Shown here piece by piece: positions 50,610-59,484 of a DNA stretch of 64,000 bases; within the stretch, counting starts at the first letter, position 1; every line of letters begins with the position of its first letter. The position numbers and the translations under genes are program-made. Source of the DNA: Candidatus Bathyarchaeia archaeon (lineage in GTDB: Archaea > Thermoproteota > Bathyarchaeia > Bathyarchaeales > Bathycorpusculaceae); the NCBI GenBank assembly GCA_050010515.1, contig JBEKKX010000004.1, positions 21,199 through 85,198 on the forward strand, read 5' to 3'. Under the pieces are notes generated by a model. That model was not told where the DNA came from. It saw nothing but the letters and a program-made list of their open reading frames with translations, and did not search any database.

Positions 50610-51848
50610 TTATTTGGGACTCCTTAATGAGTTTTTAATTAACTTCAAGGCTTTTTCACGTTCATTCCAATCTACAAAGAGCAGAATGCTTGATGTTATG
50701 GTTAGAATGCCTGAAATGTTTATGCCATTCAATCTGAGGTCTTCGCTGATTTTTCCTATTATGCCGTGGGTCTCTTCTAAGCCGACACCGCTTGTTTTTA
50801 TGAAGACTAGGTCTTTTTTGACTGCCATCGCTATGGTTTCTTTGTTGCTCTTTGTTATTTCATGGATATCGTTGAAGAGCGCGTCTAAGTTTTTTTCTTG
50901 AGAAGCGTATAGTATGATTGAGTTTGTGTTCATTGACATGCCGAGAAGCAGGGAGTGCTGTTTGGTTTTTTCCACCATTTCTTGGATGATTTGGGGATTT
51001 GCAGAGATGCCGTTTCCGATTACTGTTATCTCGGCGACTGGAAAGGGATGTGCCATTTCCGCGTCCAGTTCACTTGCTAATGCACCTGTGATTACTGTGC
51101 CCTCTTTAGTCAAGTTGCTGTGCGCGTGGTTGATTACTCGGACGTTGATGTTTTTTGGTTTGTACTTTAAGGCTTTGCTGTGAATAAATTTGGCGCCTGA
51201 ATCAGCTAAGCCTACTAAAGTGTTAACGTCGATTTCTCTTAGGCGTTCTGGGTTGGAGACAGTCTTGGGATCACCTGACATTATGCCGTCTGCATCGGTG
51301 ACTAAGACGATTTCATCAGCGTTTAATGCTTCAGCTAGAATAAACGCGGTTGTGTCGCTGCCGCCTCTTCCGAGAGTGGTGATTTTGCCATCTTTAGTTT
51401 TTCCGAGGAAGCCAGCGACTACTGGTATTATGCCCTTTTCCATAATCGGCAGTATACATTCACGAATATTTTTTTCGCTATCTTTCAGGATTGGATTCGC
51501 ATTTTGGAATGCTGAGTCGGTTATTATTGGCCAGTTGTTGTCTATTGGGTCGAAGTAGCAGGATTCTGCGCCGTTAGTTTTTAGCGCAGCGGCGAATATT
51601 CTTATGCTGGTTCTTTCGCCCATTGAGAGGATGTCGTCTAAGTCTTTTTTTTCCAGTTTTCCGTTGGAAGCGTTTTTCGCTGTTGCCATGAGGACATCAG
51701 TTGTTTTGCCCATAGCGGAAACTACAACGGCGATACGCGTGCCTTTTTTTGCTTCGTTTACGACGGCAACAACCGCTTTTAACAGTCTTTCGTGATCCGA
51801 TAGGCTGGAGCCACCGAATTTAACCACAATTTTTTTGTTATTTTCCAT
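50610..51848 (-). CDS. Aspartate kinase
   Basis: KFGGSS, VVSAMG.TTD, TLGRGGSDTTA, DPK and C-terminal ACT domains. Confidence 0.93.
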   Translation of the reverse strand: MENNKKIVVKFGGSSLSDHERLLKAVVAVVNEAKKGTRIAVVVSAMGKTTDVLMATAKNASNGKLEKKDLDDILSMGERTSIRIFAAALKTNGAESCYFDPIDNNWPIITDSAFQNANPILKDSEKNIRECILPIMEKGIIPVVAGFLGKTKDGKITTLGRGGSDTTAFILAEALNADEIVLVTDADGIMSGDPKTVSNPERLREIDVNTLVGLADSGAKFIHSKALKYKPKNINVRVINHAHSNLTKEGTVITGALASELDAEMAHPFPVAEITVIGNGISANPQIIQEMVEKTKQHSLLLGMSMNTNSIILYASQEKNLDALFNDIHEITKSNKETIAMAVKKDLVFIKTSGVGLEETHGIIGKISEDLRLNGINISGILTITSSILLFVDWNEREKALKLIKNSLRSPK

Positions 51849-51866
51849 TTGTTACACCCATTTTGC

Positions 51867-51901
51867 GCCCAGAACTTTTTTTAAAATTTTCAGTTCTGAG
51901 C
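51867..51901 (-). promoter_or_regulatory. 10-bp hairpin between the aromatic leader ORF and aspartate kinase
   Basis: mRNA GCUCAGAACU-15 nt-AGUUCUGGGC (9 Watson-Crick pairs + 1 GU), beginning at the first nucleotide after the leader stop. Confidence 0.7.
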
Positions 51902-51985
51902 TTAGTAAAAATAATAATAAAAGTAGTAGCCGAAGCTAAGGAACTGTGATGTACTGTTTTCTTTCTTGCTTTTGCAATTAGACAT
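51902..51985 (-). promoter_or_regulatory. Candidate Phe/Tyr leader peptide MSNCKSKKENSTSQFLSFGYYFYYYFY
   Basis: ATG 51985 to TAA 51902 with 8 consecutive Tyr/Phe codons before the stop. BRE/TATA-like CGAAA..CTTATATT near 52026-52039; 53 nt upstream of the aro operon. Confidence 0.8.
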
Positions 51986-52150
51986 TGTAGCTTCGAACCT
52001 TGCTGAATGAAACATTATCCAGAAAATATAAGCATTTCGGCGTTTCAGAAATTTACTACAGTTTAACCGATAACTCCTAATCTTGCCCGATGGATAAAGT
52101 ATAGTCTTTATCAAGTCGACCGTGCATAAGAACCTGAAGAAGGTATCCCA

Positions 52151-52987
52151 GTGAAAGCGCAAACACAAAACGACTGGCAAGAAATCCTCAGCCAATGCAA
52201 AAACAAAGTACACACCAGCATTAAACCATTCCTAGCAACCATCAGGGAACCACAACCTAACTTAGGCACGGGCGCTGGCGGAGACGCTATAAAACCAGTG
52301 GATTTGGCTGCAGAAACAGTAATCATTGAAACTCTAAAGCAGCATGACGTTTCTTTCACTTTGATTAGTGAGGAGTCAGGGGTGAAAAAATTCGGTGCAA
52401 CGCCTGATGAGTGTTATGTTACGGTTGACCCGATTGACGGAACCACAAATTTGATGCATGGTTTACCCTTTTATGCATGTTCTATCGCTGTTTCGAGACA
52501 GCCTATGCTCACCGATGTTTATGCTGGGCTGGTTGCTGACCTTGTCCATGATGTAACTTATACTGCTTTTGAGGGCAAAGGCGCATATCGAGAAGGCAAA
52601 AAAATAGAAACATCAAAAACTGCTTCTTTGGATGAGGCAGTTGTAGGCTTAGACCTAAACACCTACAAAGTCAAAGAAGTCGCGCCCAAATTAACCGCTC
52701 TGATTGAGAAAACAAAGCATATCCGCCACTTTGGCGCTAACGCACTTGAACTCTGCTATGTAGCAAATGGTTTAACAGACGCTTTTGTTGACCTTCGCGG
52801 GAAACTCCGCACGACAGACGTAGCCGCCGGCTTCCTCATAGTCAAAGAAGCGGGTGGAACAGTGACATCGCCAGATAATCAAGCGTTAAACGTTGAATTG
52901 GATCCTAAACAAACCTTGAGCTTCATAGCTTCGGGTAACACGCAAATTCACAAGAAAATCGTGAGCTTGGTTAAATCTGCATGTTAA
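52151..52987 (+). CDS. Inositol monophosphatase/FBPase family
   Basis: SEE, VDPIDGT, GANALELC and DVAAG motifs. Confidence 0.9.
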   Translation: MKAQTQNDWQEILSQCKNKVHTSIKPFLATIREPQPNLGTGAGGDAIKPVDLAAETVIIETLKQHDVSFTLISEESGVKKFGATPDECYVTVDPIDGTTNLMHGLPFYACSIAVSRQPMLTDVYAGLVADLVHDVTYTAFEGKGAYREGKKIETSKTASLDEAVVGLDLNTYKVKEVAPKLTALIEKTKHIRHFGANALELCYVANGLTDAFVDLRGKLRTTDVAAGFLIVKEAGGTVTSPDNQALNVELDPKQTLSFIASGNTQIHKKIVSLVKSAC

Positions 52988-53823
52988 ATTTGCTTTGGCC
53001 CCACCCTGCAGCCCTCATAAAAAACGGAAAAACTAAAACTCTTCTTATCGCTGACCCGCACCTCGGCTGGGAAATGGCGCTTCAAGAAAAAGGCATCCAT
53101 ATTCCAAGCCAAACGCCGAAGATTCTTAACAAGTTAACGGCGATAATTACAAAATACAAGCCAGAACAGCTGGTTATCCTTGGCGACGTAAAATACACAG
53201 TGGTTTCCAGCGAACTGGGTGAATGGCATGATATCCCAGATTTTTTCGCCAAATTACTGGGCTACGTTGGCGACATTGCTATTGTACGTGGTAACCATGA
53301 CGCTAACATTGAACCACTCTTGCCGGAAAACGTCCAGCTTCTGCCTGCAACAGGAGAAGTAATCGGTGATGTGGGTGTTTTTCATGGTCACAAGTGGCCT
53401 TCTCCAGCCTTGTTAGGGTGCAAAACGTTGGTTATGGGGCATTTGCATCCAGTTGTGGTCTTCCGCGACCCAATAGGCTTTAAAATTACAAGGCAAGTGT
53501 GGATGAAAGCAAACTGTGACGCTGAAGCTTTAGCGAAGATTCTGTTGCAAAAACACAACGTAAAAATCGAAGGTACCGTTGCTGAAACACTCAAGAAGCA
53601 CTATAATATCAGGCTGAAGGCGAAGGAAATTTTCATAATGCCAAGCTTCAACGATTTCCTAGGCGGCAGACCAGTAAACGAAACAAGACCCAGAAAAGAA
53701 ATTGGTAGTGGAGCATTGATTGGGCCAGTTTTGCGCTCGGAAGCCGTGGATGTGGATAATTCTGAGCTTTACCTTTTGGACGGAACCTACTTAGGAACAT
53801 TAAATCAGCTGAGAAGCCTATGA
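52981..53823 (+). CDS. Calcineurin-like metallophosphoesterase
   Basis: ADPHLG, LGD, RGNHD, HGH and GHLHP motifs. Confidence 0.88.
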   Translation: MLNLLWPHPAALIKNGKTKTLLIADPHLGWEMALQEKGIHIPSQTPKILNKLTAIITKYKPEQLVILGDVKYTVVSSELGEWHDIPDFFAKLLGYVGDIAIVRGNHDANIEPLLPENVQLLPATGEVIGDVGVFHGHKWPSPALLGCKTLVMGHLHPVVVFRDPIGFKITRQVWMKANCDAEALAKILLQKHNVKIEGTVAETLKKHYNIRLKAKEIFIMPSFNDFLGGRPVNETRPRKEIGSGALIGPVLRSEAVDVDNSELYLLDGTYLGTLNQLRSL

Positions 53824-53911
53824 TTTAGTTAGGGGTTGCTAGTTAACTCTTATATTTACGGCATGTTATAAGCATAACATAGTCTGACATAGTTTGAGGG
53901 AGGAAAAAAAA

Positions 53912-54067
53912 ATGAAACTTGTAACAGTCCTGTTACCAGAAGCTTATCTGGAAGGTTTAGATGAATTAGTTCGAGCTAACATGTATCCAAGCAGAAGCAG
54001 TGTAATTAGGTCTTCAGTACGCGACCTACTAAAGAAAGAGCTCTGGGAAAACAAACGTCAAAGATAA
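53912..54067 (+). CDS. Small ribbon-helix-helix regulator (CdrS/aCcr1-like CopG family)
   Basis: Below the ORF-track cutoff. MKLVTVLLPEAYLEGLDELVRANMYPSRSSVIRSSVRDLLKKELWENKRQR, preceded by SD GGAGG. Confidence 0.85.
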   Translation: MKLVTVLLPEAYLEGLDELVRANMYPSRSSVIRSSVRDLLKKELWENKRQR

Positions 54068-54076
54068 AAAAACCGC

Positions 54077-54844
54077 CTAAGCACGCTTTAATAAAGCATA
54101 AAGTTTGCTTGCTGCCTTGGCTGGGTCCTCTGCCTGAGTGATTTCTCGCCCAACGATGAGGTAGTTGGCACCTGCTTTAAGCGCTGTTTCTGCGGTTCCG
54201 CCTTGTGCGCCTACGCCGGGCGAGTAGATGGGGACTTTTTCCCCAAGAATCTGCTTTATTTCCGCTATTTTTTGCGGGTAAGTTGCTCCGACCACCACTC
54301 CGTCAGCGCCCCACTTCAAGGCTTTTTTAGCAAAAGAAACATACTGCAGCGTTTTTCCTCCTGTTTCAGCGTCGATTATTGTTTGGCCGTAGCCTTCACT
54401 GGCTCCTTTATGGCTCATATAACAGAGAAGTATGACGCCCCGCCCAAGCCGCTGGGAAACTTCAAAGAGCGGTTTTAAGCCTTCGTCCCAGCCTACAAAC
54501 GGGTTAGCGATTAGTGCGTCAAAACCAGCCGCATAATAATAATCAGCTATCACCTGATTAGTGGCGCCTATGTCGTTTACTTTAGCATCCATAATCGCCA
54601 GCAAACCTTGCCCACGAATTTGCTCCACAAGCTGATTCACACCATCAAACATTCCCAATGGAAGCACAAGATGATGGTTTATCTTAACCGCACAAATATA
54701 CGGATGAACAGCTCGGAGAATTTTTTGAGCTTTACCTATCAGTCTGTCGCGGTTTTCTGGAGTTTCAAAAGGCAAATCCAAAGCTAACACTATTGGTGAA
54801 TTTTTGCTCTTGGCTGCTTCTTGCATTTTTTCTTTGAACGACAA
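54077..54844 (-). CDS. pyrF: Orotidine-5'-phosphate decarboxylase
   Basis: LALD, DAKVNDIGAT, VVGAT, SPGVGAQGG and IVGR motifs. Confidence 0.93.
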   Translation of the reverse strand: MSFKEKMQEAAKSKNSPIVLALDLPFETPENRDRLIGKAQKILRAVHPYICAVKINHHLVLPLGMFDGVNQLVEQIRGQGLLAIMDAKVNDIGATNQVIADYYYAAGFDALIANPFVGWDEGLKPLFEVSQRLGRGVILLCYMSHKGASEGYGQTIIDAETGGKTLQYVSFAKKALKWGADGVVVGATYPQKIAEIKQILGEKVPIYSPGVGAQGGTAETALKAGANYLIVGREITQAEDPAKAASKLYALLKRA

Positions 54845-54925
54845 GATTATGCCTCTTGCTCTATAGTGTTGACTGCTGGGCTATTTCATTTTTTCGTATA
54901 CTTTCAACATACAAAAGACACAAAA

Positions 54926-55018
54926 CTATGTTGAAAAGTGCAGACGTTGGGTCTATGCAGTTCTATGTTGAATCATATTTGAAGCATAGTAGAAGCATAT
55001 AGTAGACCGGGAGGGTAG
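54926..55018 (-). repeat. Dispersed intergenic repeat, copy B
   Basis: Reverse complement CTACCCTCCCGGTCTACTATATGCTTCTACTATG...TTCAACATAG matches copy A. Confidence 0.85.
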
Positions 55019-55166
55019 TCTGTGCGCACACACATCCCCAAAGCAAAAAGCTACATTAAAGCTGAAATTTTTAAGATAAGCTTAATTTTCAGCTTCAAAT
55101 AGGCATATAACGATAAGTGCAAGCTTACTCCAATAAACTGCACTGCTCGCAAGGAGAAGAAAACAA

Positions 55167-57092
55167 ATGCAAAAAACCGTTACAGAAAAAATAATTAGCC
55201 AACACTTAGCTGAAGAACGAATGGAGCCCGGCGAAGAAACCGCATTAAAAATAGACCACACCCTCACTCAAGATTCCACAGGCACCTTAACTTACCTTGA
55301 GTTTGAAGCCATTGGAGTCGCCCATGTTAAAACGCAGCTGAGCCTAAGCTTTGTTGACCACAACATGCTCCAAAACGACTTCAGAAACGCAGATGACCAC
55401 CGCTACTTGCAAGGAGTCGCAGCCAAATACGGCATCGTTTTTTCTCGTCCAGGCAACGGCATCTGCCACCAGCTCTACCTTGAACGTTTTGCTCAGCCAG
55501 GCCTGACGCTTCTGGGAAGTGACAGCCACACTCCAACCGCTGGTGGCATGGGAATGATTGCCATTGGCGCTGGAGGACTCGATGTTGCGGCAGCCATGGC
55601 TGGAGAGCCCTTCTATTTGGAAATGCCCAGCATCTTAGGAGTAAAATTATCTGGGACGCTTTTGCCTTTTGTTTCAGCCAAAGACGTTATTCTGCAAGTA
55701 CTAAAAGAGTTAACAGTGAAGGGCGGAGTAAACAAGGTTCTGGAATATTTTGGCTCAGGAGTTAAAACGTTGAGCGTTCCTGAACGAGGAACCATAGCGA
55801 ATATGGGCACGGAAACAGGAGCCACGACATCAATTTTCCCATCTGACGAAGCCACAAGAGCTTTCTTGCGTGGACAGGGTAGAGAAAACCAGTGGACAGA
55901 GCTTAAAGCAGATGAGGACGCAGAATATAATGAGAATCTTAACGTTGACCTTGGCGGGGTTGAACCGTTAATAGCGTTGCCTCACAGTCCAGACAACGTT
56001 AAACCAGTAAGTGAAGTCGAGGGAACCCCAGTAGACCAGGTATGTATAGGAAGCTGCACAAACTCGTCACTCAGAGACTTAAAAATTGTCTCCGCCATGT
56101 TAAAGGGTAAAAAAATCAGCGAAAACGTCAGCCTCACCATTTCAGCTGGTTCCAGGCAAGCTTTAGAGAACCTAGCAGTTACAGGTGAGCTTGAGCCCTT
56201 GATTCAGTCAGGCGCCAGAATACTTGAAAACGCCTGCGGTCCATGTATTGGAATTGGGCAGGCTCCGACAAGTGAGGGCGTGTCACTTAGAACGTTTAAC
56301 CGCAACTTTAAAGGCCGCTCTGGAACACAGGATGCAAAGGTTTACTTGGTTAGTCCAGAAACAGCAGTCGCATCAGCCATTACTGGTAAAATAACTGACC
56401 CGCGGAAACTCGGCAAATATCCTGAGATTAATTTACCTGAAAAGTTTGTGTTAAGCGATAACATGTTCATTTACCCCCAAATGAAGGCAACATCCTGCGT
56501 CGTTATGGGTCCCAACATTAAACCCTTACCATCATTCAAGCCGATACCCGACCGATTAAGCGGTGAAGTGTTGCTAAAGCTCGGCGATAACGTTTCAACC
56601 GACGACATTTTGCCAGGCGGCACAGAAATCATGTCATTGAGAAGCAACATTCCCGAAATAAGCAAATACACTTTTTGCCGTGTTGACAAAACTTTTGCGT
56701 CCCGTGCCATCGAGAAAAACGGCGGGTTCATTGTCGGCGGCGAAAATTATGGTCAAGGCTCCTCACGTGAACATGCTGCGTTGGCGCCTAAATACCTGGG
56801 CGTAAAAGTGGTTGTAGCCAAATCTTTCGCTAGGATACATATGGCTAACTTGGTTAATTTCGGAATTCTGCCCGTAACCTTCAAAGATAAAAAGGATTAT
56901 TCAGGTTTCTCGCAGGGTGACGCGTTGGATTTGGATGTTAAAGACTTTAACGAGTGCCTACTTGTGAAGAACCTGACTAAGGGCACAAAAGTAGATGTTG
57001 CCTTAAGCCTCAGCGAATTGGAATGGAGCATTGTTAAAGCAGGCGGAAAACTAGCCGCTATAAAGGCAAAACAAAACATAAAACAGCTTTAA
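55167..57092 (+). CDS. Single-chain aconitate hydratase (aconitase family)
   Basis: TQDSTGT, GSDSHT, GSCTN, CGPCIG, FNRNF, STDDI and GSSREHA motifs. Confidence 0.9.
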   Translation: MQKTVTEKIISQHLAEERMEPGEETALKIDHTLTQDSTGTLTYLEFEAIGVAHVKTQLSLSFVDHNMLQNDFRNADDHRYLQGVAAKYGIVFSRPGNGICHQLYLERFAQPGLTLLGSDSHTPTAGGMGMIAIGAGGLDVAAAMAGEPFYLEMPSILGVKLSGTLLPFVSAKDVILQVLKELTVKGGVNKVLEYFGSGVKTLSVPERGTIANMGTETGATTSIFPSDEATRAFLRGQGRENQWTELKADEDAEYNENLNVDLGGVEPLIALPHSPDNVKPVSEVEGTPVDQVCIGSCTNSSLRDLKIVSAMLKGKKISENVSLTISAGSRQALENLAVTGELEPLIQSGARILENACGPCIGIGQAPTSEGVSLRTFNRNFKGRSGTQDAKVYLVSPETAVASAITGKITDPRKLGKYPEINLPEKFVLSDNMFIYPQMKATSCVVMGPNIKPLPSFKPIPDRLSGEVLLKLGDNVSTDDILPGGTEIMSLRSNIPEISKYTFCRVDKTFASRAIEKNGGFIVGGENYGQGSSREHAALAPKYLGVKVVVAKSFARIHMANLVNFGILPVTFKDKKDYSGFSQGDALDLDVKDFNECLLVKNLTKGTKVDVALSLSELEWSIVKAGGKLAAIKAKQNIKQL

Positions 57093-57208
57093 TTTAAAAT
57101 TAGTTTTTACTTAAGGCTGAATTATTTCGCGAACTTAATCTTAATACATGCCATTAAGCTTAGCTTAGAAGCCTCTCTTATCTCGCACCATCATTAAAAA
57201 GAAAGCGG

Positions 57209-57898
57209 TTAAACACCCCAAACCGTTGAACTAGTAAGTTGCCAAGTGATAAGTATGTTATATTGCGGGTTGTTGTATTCTTGAACGTTGTCTAAGTAAT
57301 CAAGCATGCCTGTTTGTTTATCGAAATAGACTTCGATTAAGTTAACTTGCGTTGTACTACCTGTTGGGTCGTTAGTATTGGTAAATTCGTTTTCTAAGTG
57401 CCAGTAATTTGTTGTTCTATCACCAGTAGAAAATGATTGACTGCCGGTGCTGTTAACGATGAGTGCAGTATCCTTTTCCTTGGGGTAAAGCAGGTTAGTT
57501 ACCTTAAGGTTTGAAGGATAAATAGCCCAGAAGTCGCCACTATAGTTACCTGTCACCAAATTGATCCAGTCTGAGTTCTTAATTGCTGTTCCATTTGTGA
57601 ATTGCCATATTGTATTAAACGAGACTACGGAGCCGTTGACTCCTGTTATGATGACTTCGTAGTAGTTTGTTTCGTTATATTCCGAGAGATAGGCTGGAGT
57701 TGCTGCGTCTGAACTAAATAAAATTGAGTCGCCCGTTAGTTTGTAAGTGAACGTGTCACCAACATTGACACCAACCTTGATGTTTGCTCCGGACTTAGAA
57801 ATCTGTGTTGCATAGACTATTGCAGCGGTTGCAGCACATAGTATAACCACGAGAAAGATGGCAATATACATTTTCTTATGTGCGGGCTTCTTACTCAT
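57209..57898 (-). CDS. Membrane-anchored/secreted hypothetical protein
   Basis: N-terminal TM helix; GVNVGDTFTY...YFDKQTGML beta-rich domain. Confidence 0.7.
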   Translation of the reverse strand: MSKKPAHKKMYIAIFLVVILCAATAAIVYATQISKSGANIKVGVNVGDTFTYKLTGDSILFSSDAATPAYLSEYNETNYYEVIITGVNGSVVSFNTIWQFTNGTAIKNSDWINLVTGNYSGDFWAIYPSNLKVTNLLYPKEKDTALIVNSTGSQSFSTGDRTTNYWHLENEFTNTNDPTGSTTQVNLIEVYFDKQTGMLDYLDNVQEYNNPQYNILITWQLTSSTVWGV

Positions 57899-58070
57899 AA
57901 GTTTATTATTGCAGTATTCGGGTATTTAGTTGTTTTCCATAAAGGGCGTTACAAAAAAGGCATGGACTTAATTGCAGAAAAATGAATTATTTATTTATCA
58001 TGAAAGAATTTAGCTTAGTTATTAGGAAAATTTAAGAGAAAGCAAGAGCACTGTTTTATAAAAAAATTCG

Positions 58071-59147
58071 GTGAAAAATTTGATTTGTCACAATTGTGGT
58101 GCTCAAATTCCAGATGATGCAGCGTTCTGTGAAAAATGTGGAACAAGCACAACATTAACTACACCTAAAGCAGCTGTGGCTTCGGCTTCGCCTGTTATTG
58201 CGCCTTCTGGAGTAGCATCCTTGAAATGCCCAAGTTGCGGTGCGCCTCTCGCGCCCAAGTTTGGAGAGATGGTTATAACCTGCGAGTACTGCGGCAGCGC
58301 AGTTACTCTGGGAACCCAAGGTTGGACCAATATACAGAAGCAGACCATGCTTCTTTTGAAGGTCGCCACCGTTGACCAGGTGAATTCAATAATTACGCCT
58401 ATGATGGACAAGGGTCTTCTGCACAGACACCTTCACGAAGACTCCACGCAGGAGGAAATGAGCCTCACGTACGTGCCTTACTGGATTGTGAGCGTCTCTG
58501 CCCGCACAAGCATCACCGCTACAGATGAAACGGCCCAAATTGCACAGACTGCTACAACTGCCGCGTTGATGGGCGTAATATTCGGCGGCATGGGTGGAGG
58601 TTTTGGAGGAGGTGGAGGAAGACGGGGCGGTTTTGGAGGCAGACGCGCTTTTGAAGGAGAATTTGGAGTAAGCAACCCGTTTGCAGGTATTCTCGGGTTG
58701 AAACGGATAAGAATAATGGCTTTCGGAATGGGAATGGGAATGGGGGGCGGAATGAAAAAGACCGAGCAAATGGACGCGAACTACAACTTCCCCGTAATTG
58801 CGCTAAAGGCTCTCACGGACTATCAGCCGCGGGATTATCAATTCAATCTCGAGGGTAGAGCGCTGTTTGACATTTCCAAGTTACCCAAGGACGTTAAGAT
58901 CCTTAACGGAGACATTAGTGAAGACGTTGCCAAATCCCAGGCAAAGACCCTGGTTGATCAGCTTCAATCACAAAAGGCACACGCGAAATATCACATGATC
59001 CAGTCGATAAACACCGAGTCGGACGTTGGGGACGTGGAGCTGCTTCACGCTCCGGTGTGGTTCGCGAAGTACGACCACAAGGGGAACAAAATCGTGTTGG
59101 TCATTGATGCCAACTCTGGCAGAGTGATCAACAGCTTCGGCCTCTGA
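58071..59147 (+). CDS. Multi zinc-ribbon protein with a Gly-rich insert
   Basis: CHNCG..FCEKCG, CPSCG..CEYCG, YVPYW and PVWFAKY..IDANSG motifs. Confidence 0.75.
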   Translation: MKNLICHNCGAQIPDDAAFCEKCGTSTTLTTPKAAVASASPVIAPSGVASLKCPSCGAPLAPKFGEMVITCEYCGSAVTLGTQGWTNIQKQTMLLLKVATVDQVNSIITPMMDKGLLHRHLHEDSTQEEMSLTYVPYWIVSVSARTSITATDETAQIAQTATTAALMGVIFGGMGGGFGGGGGRRGGFGGRRAFEGEFGVSNPFAGILGLKRIRIMAFGMGMGMGGGMKKTEQMDANYNFPVIALKALTDYQPRDYQFNLEGRALFDISKLPKDVKILNGDISEDVAKSQAKTLVDQLQSQKAHAKYHMIQSINTESDVGDVELLHAPVWFAKYDHKGNKIVLVIDANSGRVINSFGL

Positions 59148-59484
59148 GAGCGGCAACACGCTTCTAGGCTTACGCGCTCGTCTCTTTTTTCCTGTGAATA
59201 CACACGTGATACCCAAAATCCCAAAAAAGCAATAATGATTCCTGACGTTGTGGTTAACCTTGTGACTGAATTTGGAACATAAGTGGCTCTGGTAAAGGAT
59301 TAGCGATTATGCCTAAACCACACAACAACGATTGCAGTTACTAGTATATCCAGAGCCTTCAGCCATTCAAACCGTATTTCGACCATGTGTTTTTGAGGCT
59401 GCCTTAGTGGAGTTACAGACGGCGAAGCGCTAAGGGACTAGCCAACCGAACTATAAGCAAAGAAGAAAGAGCAGCAGAGCCTAA

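Noticed and set aside
51902-52213. 103-aa ORF-track call containing the Phe/Tyr run
   Set aside because: Its 5' part overlaps the divergent IMPase gene and both promoters. Only the portion from ATG 51985 is plausible.
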